A DNA stretch of 31,151 nucleotides, taken from an uncultured candidate division Zixibacteria bacterium. GTDB lineage: Bacteria > Zixibacteria > MSB-5A5 > UBA10806. This document shows, piece after piece, positions 26,386-31,151 of this stretch; within the stretch, counting starts at the first letter, position 1; every line of letters begins with the position of its first letter. The stretch lies in NCBI GenBank assembly GCA_963817915.1, contig CAWFQL010000015.1:1-31151 (forward strand), read 5' to 3'. The notes under the pieces were generated by a model. It had not been told where the DNA came from, did not search any database, and saw only the letters and a program-made list of their open reading frames with translations. A program made the translations under genes and the position numbers.

Positions 26386-28812
26386 TTATCTTGCCGGCGG
26401 ACAATCAGCGCATGGTATCGGCGCCGCCCCGCCTTTGAAATAATTGACCATGTAAGTAACATCAAGACCATTAAATGAGCAGGAATTATTCACATCGCCG
26501 GAGACGAACCAACTATTCCCCGGTGCGCATTCGCAGGTGTAAGGAGGCGGGCTGCCGATGCCTCTGAAATAATTGACGCTATAGGTAACGTCAAGGCCAT
26601 TTCTTTCGCCGTTTCCATTAGCATCGCCGGGGAAATACTGGCAACTTGGTACTCCAAACTCTGCCACAAAAACATCATTGTGAGTCCAAGGTCCCTGATA
26701 AGATTGATAGGGATTCAAAGTAGGAAAATCAGAGGAAGAAGTATATCCGGTCAGATAGGAATTGCCAATATGGTCGACCGCAATATCACGGCCCGAATCA
26801 TCTCCATATCCTCCCAGATAGGTGCTGAAGATAAGGGAATTGCCTAGAGGCGATAGCATCGTTTCAAAAACGTCACCATTACTCATCATCCCTTGATATG
26901 TCTGAAAAGGATTCTGAATCGGGAAATTTGTGGAATTTGTCCTTCCTGTCACATAGGCAGTGCCGAAGCTATCTACTGCAATACCATTGCCATAGTCATC
27001 TCCATTTCCCCCAAGGTAGGTGCTGTAGACCAGAGAACTCCCTGATGCCGAAAACTTGGCTATAAAAGCGTCACTATAATTCGAAGGACCTTGATATAAC
27101 TGATAGGGATTCTGCGTTGGGAAATCGGTCGATTCAGTAATTCCAGTTACATAAGCGTTGCCTGCGTCGTCTATGGCTATGTCTGAACCGTTATCGTCGC
27201 CTGACCCACCCAAGTAAGTGCTATAAATAAGAGAGTTTCCAGGTTGTGATAGTTTAGAGACGAATGCTTGATCAACGCCAATTACTGCGAATGAATCATA
27301 GGGGTTTTCTAATGGAAAATCGCTGGATGAGGTAGTTCCTGTTACATATGCGTTGCCGGAACTATCAATGGCGATTCCGGTGCCGCGATCAATTAAAGTC
27401 CCACCCAAGTAAGTACTATAAACAAGAGAATAACCTAAGTGCGATAGCTTAGTAACAAAAGCATCATCAAGCCACTCTCGCCCTTGGTAGGTCTGAATTG
27501 GATTTAGAGTTGGGAAATTAGTAGAAGAAGTGTATCCAACTATATAAGCGTCTCCAGATGCATCTACCGCAATTCCTTTCCCTTCGTCTACGCGATTCCC
27601 CCCGAGATATGTGCTGTAGAGGAGGGAATTGCCCAAGGGAGAAAGCTTGGTTACAAAGGCATCTACATTTTCCTGGAATGCTTGGAAGTGATGTAAGGTA
27701 GGAAAGGTGGTTGAATAAGTCGATCCTGTCACATAGGCATTTCCACTATCATCTACCGCAATTCCCATTCCGCGATCATTGTTTTCTCCCCCTATATAAG
27801 TGCTATATACAAGGGAATTACCAGATTGCAGAATCTTGGTCACAAACACATCATCCCAACCAATAATATCTTGATATGGATCTTGAGTAGGAAAATTATT
27901 GGATCTAGTATATCCAGTTACATAACGGCAGCCGAAACCATCAACAGCAATAGCATACCCTTCGTCGTCTGAATTACCTCCTAGGTAGGTGCTATAGACA
28001 AGCTCGGGATCTATGACAAGCGTAAGGGCAGGATTGTAGCTTTCAACTTCAAAGCCGAAAACGCCGGGTTCAATCATGCGATATTGGCCGCTTATATTAT
28101 ATTTGCTACCATCCTTCTCCTGATAAACCGCGGGAATATTTTCATAAATCAGCCCAAAACGAGTATCAGCTTGCAGGTCGCCGTTGGATGTGATAGCAAG
28201 GTTGTTAACTCCTTCGTAGCGAATCTTTATTTGAGATATGTCGGCGCCAGGGCTAACTATAAAATCATACTTCATGCCCTGCCCATTGCCATAATAACGC
28301 AGGTCTATCCCCGGCCAGATGTCTTTGTAAGTCATGGCGGCATAATTTGGCACATCGGTAGCCCATTTGGATGGGACATTGCCGATGAAATAATTATTGT
28401 TGTGTGATAAGCGGTCTTCGCCAACAATTTCAGCATCGAGGTTTGCCCCAACAAATTGCGCCCTGAGGACCATTGATTCTTTTTTATAGCGGGGGTGGTT
28501 GAATTTGTCGGGCATGTCGGCGGGCGCGGCATGCCGCGCCTCTACGGAAATATCTTCAAGCTCATCTGTATCTCGCGCGAATTGATATACGACCTCACCT
28601 TTGCAGAACCAGAATGTAGCCCCTCCGGCTTCAGCCCTGAACAAAATCTTACTATCCCATTGTCCGCGATTCTCGGTGAATGAAAGTGGCATAGAAGAGA
28701 GATTGCTCATGACGAGCTGTTTCTGAGATTCGCTGTCCAAGGTCGGTTGTGCATTAAGGAGCGATGCTGACACGATCAGGACCAAGCTAAGAATCAAAAA
28801 CAAATGCCGCAT
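26386..28812 (-). CDS. Secreted SBBP-repeat beta-propeller protein with C-terminal dockerin-like domain (paralogue B)
   Basis: Same architecture as 23804-26206; 7 SBBP repeats; GGAGGT SD. Confidence 0.9.
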   Translation of the reverse strand: MRHLFLILSLVLIVSASLLNAQPTLDSESQKQLVMSNLSSMPLSFTENRGQWDSKILFRAEAGGATFWFCKGEVVYQFARDTDELEDISVEARHAAPADMPDKFNHPRYKKESMVLRAQFVGANLDAEIVGEDRLSHNNNYFIGNVPSKWATDVPNYAAMTYKDIWPGIDLRYYGNGQGMKYDFIVSPGADISQIKIRYEGVNNLAITSNGDLQADTRFGLIYENIPAVYQEKDGSKYNISGQYRMIEPGVFGFEVESYNPALTLVIDPELVYSTYLGGNSDDEGYAIAVDGFGCRYVTGYTRSNNFPTQDPYQDIIGWDDVFVTKILQSGNSLVYSTYIGGENNDRGMGIAVDDSGNAYVTGSTYSTTFPTLHHFQAFQENVDAFVTKLSPLGNSLLYSTYLGGNRVDEGKGIAVDASGDAYIVGYTSSTNFPTLNPIQTYQGREWLDDAFVTKLSHLGYSLVYSTYLGGTLIDRGTGIAIDSSGNAYVTGTTSSSDFPLENPYDSFAVIGVDQAFVSKLSQPGNSLIYSTYLGGSGDDNGSDIAIDDAGNAYVTGITESTDFPTQNPYQLYQGPSNYSDAFIAKFSASGSSLVYSTYLGGNGDDYGNGIAVDSFGTAYVTGRTNSTNFPIQNPFQTYQGMMSNGDVFETMLSPLGNSLIFSTYLGGYGDDSGRDIAVDHIGNSYLTGYTSSSDFPTLNPYQSYQGPWTHNDVFVAEFGVPSCQYFPGDANGNGERNGLDVTYSVNYFRGIGSPPPYTCECAPGNSWFVSGDVNNSCSFNGLDVTYMVNYFKGGAAPIPCADCPPAR
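28522..28545 (-). repeat. Intragenic GTAG-REP-like palindrome
   Basis: GTAG-A + 18-bp palindrome GGCGCGGCATGCCGCGCC, read in frame as VEARHAAP. Confidence 0.7.
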
Positions 28813-28848
28813 AAAATACCTCCGAAAAAGGGGGTTAATCGCACGATA

Positions 28849-28942
28849 GCTATTAAGATTTCAAGTAATATGTCCAATTAGGCGCAAGAAACATAGATGC
28901 GTCATACCTAATTTAATATGATTTTAAGAAAACGCAATCACA
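28849..28942 (-). promoter_or_regulatory. Conserved upstream element, copy 3
   Basis: GGCGCA-N11-TGCGTC at 28881-28903 plus flanking conserved blocks. Confidence 0.6.
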
Positions 28943-29048
28943 TTTTCGGGCGGCCGGGTGGCCGTAATACTTAATTCATTGATTTCTCAAACCTGGTAAT
29001 TCTTTGAATATACGGCCGCATTAACAATAGCAATTCCCAACAATTACC

Positions 29049-29077
29049 TTGACAATATGGTAGAAATTTACCATAAT
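29049..29077 (+). promoter_or_regulatory. Near-consensus sigma-70 promoter with operator palindrome
   Basis: TTGACA-17 bp-CATAAT; TATGGTA-N6-TACCATA at 29056-29075. Confidence 0.7.
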
Positions 29078-29139
29078 AAAAATGAATCTGATTCGTTTGT
29101 TTGATTTTCTTAGTTAGCCAAAAAACTGAGGAGCCCAAA

Positions 29140-31119
29140 ATGCTACGCATCTGCACAATCGCATTGCTGACTGCATTGGTTAGTGTTGGCAATCTAACAG
29201 CAAGAATCATTTCTGTACCGGCTGATTATGCTTCAATTCAGGCAGGAATTAATGCGAGTTTCGATGGAGATACTGTTCTTGTTTCCAGTGGTACCTATAA
29301 CGAGAACATTAATTTCAACGGTCACAGCATAGTTCTGATGAGCGAATCCGGCCCGGATGCGACCATTTTACAACCACTTAATGGCTATGTATCTATCATT
29401 AGCATGATTAGCGGAGAAGGAGCCGAAGCAATTCTCTCCGGTTTCACTTTGAGGGGTATGACAAACGAATGTGCAGTGAATATTTCTGTTGGCGCCAGTC
29501 CGCTTATTTATGGCAATAAATTTACTAATAACACGGGCTACCCGACAGGAGGTATTAAAATATACCGTGGTGATTCGCCTATAATTAGCAACAACATTTT
29601 CGCCAATTGTACTGCAGGTTTTGCCGGCGGTGGAATTTATAGCGAGAGCACATCGGTAACCATCGAAAGTAATATATTCTGCAATAACCAAGCTGAGCAA
29701 TGTGCAGGCGCAATGTGGATAGCATCGGCTCGTCATTGCAGTATTCGCAACAACCTTATCTATTCAAATCGCAGCCATGCCGACGGGGCGCTGTTTCTTT
29801 ATAATTCCATTGGAGTTGACGTGTATAACAATACCATTCACTCGAATACTGTTGACGAAGGGCTTGTCAACGGGGCAGGTATTCGATTGCATTATAGCGA
29901 TTCTTGTCGTGTTTACAATAATATAATTACAGAGAATCTTGGGTACGGGCTTTATATAGTTCCCTATTATTATTTTAATAGCAACACATTTAACGATGTG
30001 TGGGGTAATACACAAGACTATGGTTACGCTACTATTCCGGGAGAAGGTTCATTATCTCTGGATCCACTCTTTAATGGAGGCAATCCCTTTGATTATCATT
30101 TATCATATATTTCCCCTTGTATCGATTCCGGAGATCCTGATTCCCCGAACGATCCCGATGGTAGCCGCGCTGATATGGGTGCTTTATTCCCGCCTATTCA
30201 AGGCCAATATGGGTATATTGCAGGTACGACTCAAAATAGCTCCGGGTCTCCCATATTTGGCGCGATTATAACAATTCCCGGTCTGTTGAATCAAGATACT
30301 ACCGACGCCGACGGTCGTTTTCTACTTGGGCCTTTTCCGGGGCAGAGGGGATATGATATTCAGATTGCTCACCCAGAGTACTTTGATACGCTACTTTGGG
30401 ATGTATACGTAAACTCGAATGATACTACTGATCTCGTAGTTGTTTTAAAGAATGGCTATCATCTTATTTACGGCAACTTGGATGGAAGTCCGGTTCCGGC
30501 GGTAATCGGATATGAACTTGAGATACCGGCCTGGGGCGTGACCGAATTGAACAATTTTCGAGATTCAATCGCCTGGATGCACAGTCCTTTGGCAACAAAT
30601 GATTCTGTTATCATCGAAAGGTTGGACGGATATTTCCCAGACACTCTTGTAGGTCGATGGGATATTAAGTCGTTTGATCCTCCTAATGTCAATCAGCCGC
30701 AACCTGGGTGGACGAACCAATCGTTAGAAGGTGTTGCCGATATCCAGTTACCTCTCAATCATCAAGATTTCTTTTGGACAAATGGTGACACAACGCTAAT
30801 CTGCACATATCGCATGCGAGTCGCCGATGATGTCTCATTGATCGGCGATACCCTCTCACCGTTAATGCGAGGTTATCATCCTGGAAACGGGCCTATGTTC
30901 TGGGCCTTGCAAGACGATATCACTACAATTTATCCTCTTGACTCATATCCGGAAGTGTATTTTCTGTTGCCATCTCAGGTTGGTTTTTTGAATGGTAATG
31001 CTATGGATTCCTTGGCGAATCCAATTAATGGCGTAAAGATAAGGATAGTAAATTCATATAAAAGCGATACAACCGATGAATTTGGAACGTTCTCAATGGG
31101 ATGGCTGGTTCAGGAATAG
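29140..31119 (+). CDS. Secreted right-handed parallel beta-helix protein with carboxypeptidase-regulatory-like domains and a possible cohesin-like domain; apparently truncated
   Basis: ATG 29140 after GAGGAG; signal peptide; VPADYASIQAGI...GDTVLV..GTY.E; Asn-ladder repeats; SPCIDSGDP...DMGA; the second CarboxypepD_reg-like repeat stops half way. Confidence 0.82.
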   Translation: MLRICTIALLTALVSVGNLTARIISVPADYASIQAGINASFDGDTVLVSSGTYNENINFNGHSIVLMSESGPDATILQPLNGYVSIISMISGEGAEAILSGFTLRGMTNECAVNISVGASPLIYGNKFTNNTGYPTGGIKIYRGDSPIISNNIFANCTAGFAGGGIYSESTSVTIESNIFCNNQAEQCAGAMWIASARHCSIRNNLIYSNRSHADGALFLYNSIGVDVYNNTIHSNTVDEGLVNGAGIRLHYSDSCRVYNNIITENLGYGLYIVPYYYFNSNTFNDVWGNTQDYGYATIPGEGSLSLDPLFNGGNPFDYHLSYISPCIDSGDPDSPNDPDGSRADMGALFPPIQGQYGYIAGTTQNSSGSPIFGAIITIPGLLNQDTTDADGRFLLGPFPGQRGYDIQIAHPEYFDTLLWDVYVNSNDTTDLVVVLKNGYHLIYGNLDGSPVPAVIGYELEIPAWGVTELNNFRDSIAWMHSPLATNDSVIIERLDGYFPDTLVGRWDIKSFDPPNVNQPQPGWTNQSLEGVADIQLPLNHQDFFWTNGDTTLICTYRMRVADDVSLIGDTLSPLMRGYHPGNGPMFWALQDDITTIYPLDSYPEVYFLLPSQVGFLNGNAMDSLANPINGVKIRIVNSYKSDTTDEFGTFSMGWLVQE

Positions 31120-31151
31120 CACTAACTGAACGAGTAGGTTACATAAAACAT
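31117..31151. mobile_element. Possible terminal inverted repeat of an IS630-like element
   Basis: TA|GCACTAACTGAACGAGTAGGTTACATAAAACAT begins exactly at the premature stop; only 35 bp are visible and the resemblance to IS630 ends is from recall. Confidence 0.4.

Noticed and set aside
22256..28812. Diversity-generating retroelement (near-identical 3' repeats as TR/VR)
   Set aside because: All copies are coding, the differences are mostly synonymous and not adenine-specific, and there is no reverse transcriptase in the window.
23686..28903. Sigma-54 promoter within the shared upstream element
   Set aside because: The GG-to-GC spacing is 16 nt in copy 1 rather than 10, and the GG is absent in the other copies.
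1..31151. tRNA, rRNA, integrase or phage genes
   Set aside because: None were recognised; the intergenic gaps are short and explained by other elements.

Overview
Bacterial chromosomal window. The Cys-rich double dockerin-like C-terminal tails suggest candidate phylum Zixibacteria or an FCB relative (inference). Left to right: (1) the 3' end of a radical SAM/SPASM gene; (2) an orphan family-5 solute-binding protein translationally coupled to an NtrY/NtrX-like two-component system; (3) an arginine synthetase-like gene (ArcE/COG2403) plus carbamate kinase; (4) a tungsten aldehyde:ferredoxin oxidoreductase operon (membrane protein, ferredoxin, AOR, MoaD, MoeB); (5) a tightly packed minus-strand run pth-rpsF-ssb-rpsR-DUF2232-rplI-DAK2/DegV-DUF151-gammaCA-TPR/LpoA-like-larE plus three hypotheticals, with an S6:S18 leader RNA; (6) an accessory island of three secreted beta-propeller proteins that share a dockerin-like tail and a conserved upstream element, facing a beta-helix protein with a possible cohesin-like domain, which is cut off by a probable IS630-like end at the window edge. 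GTAG-type REP palindromes with compensatory changes occur between genes and in frame inside two paralogous genes. Several single-base frameshifts (moaD, AOR, the membrane gene, pth) look like homopolymer sequencing errors. All calls are by eye; no database searches were run.
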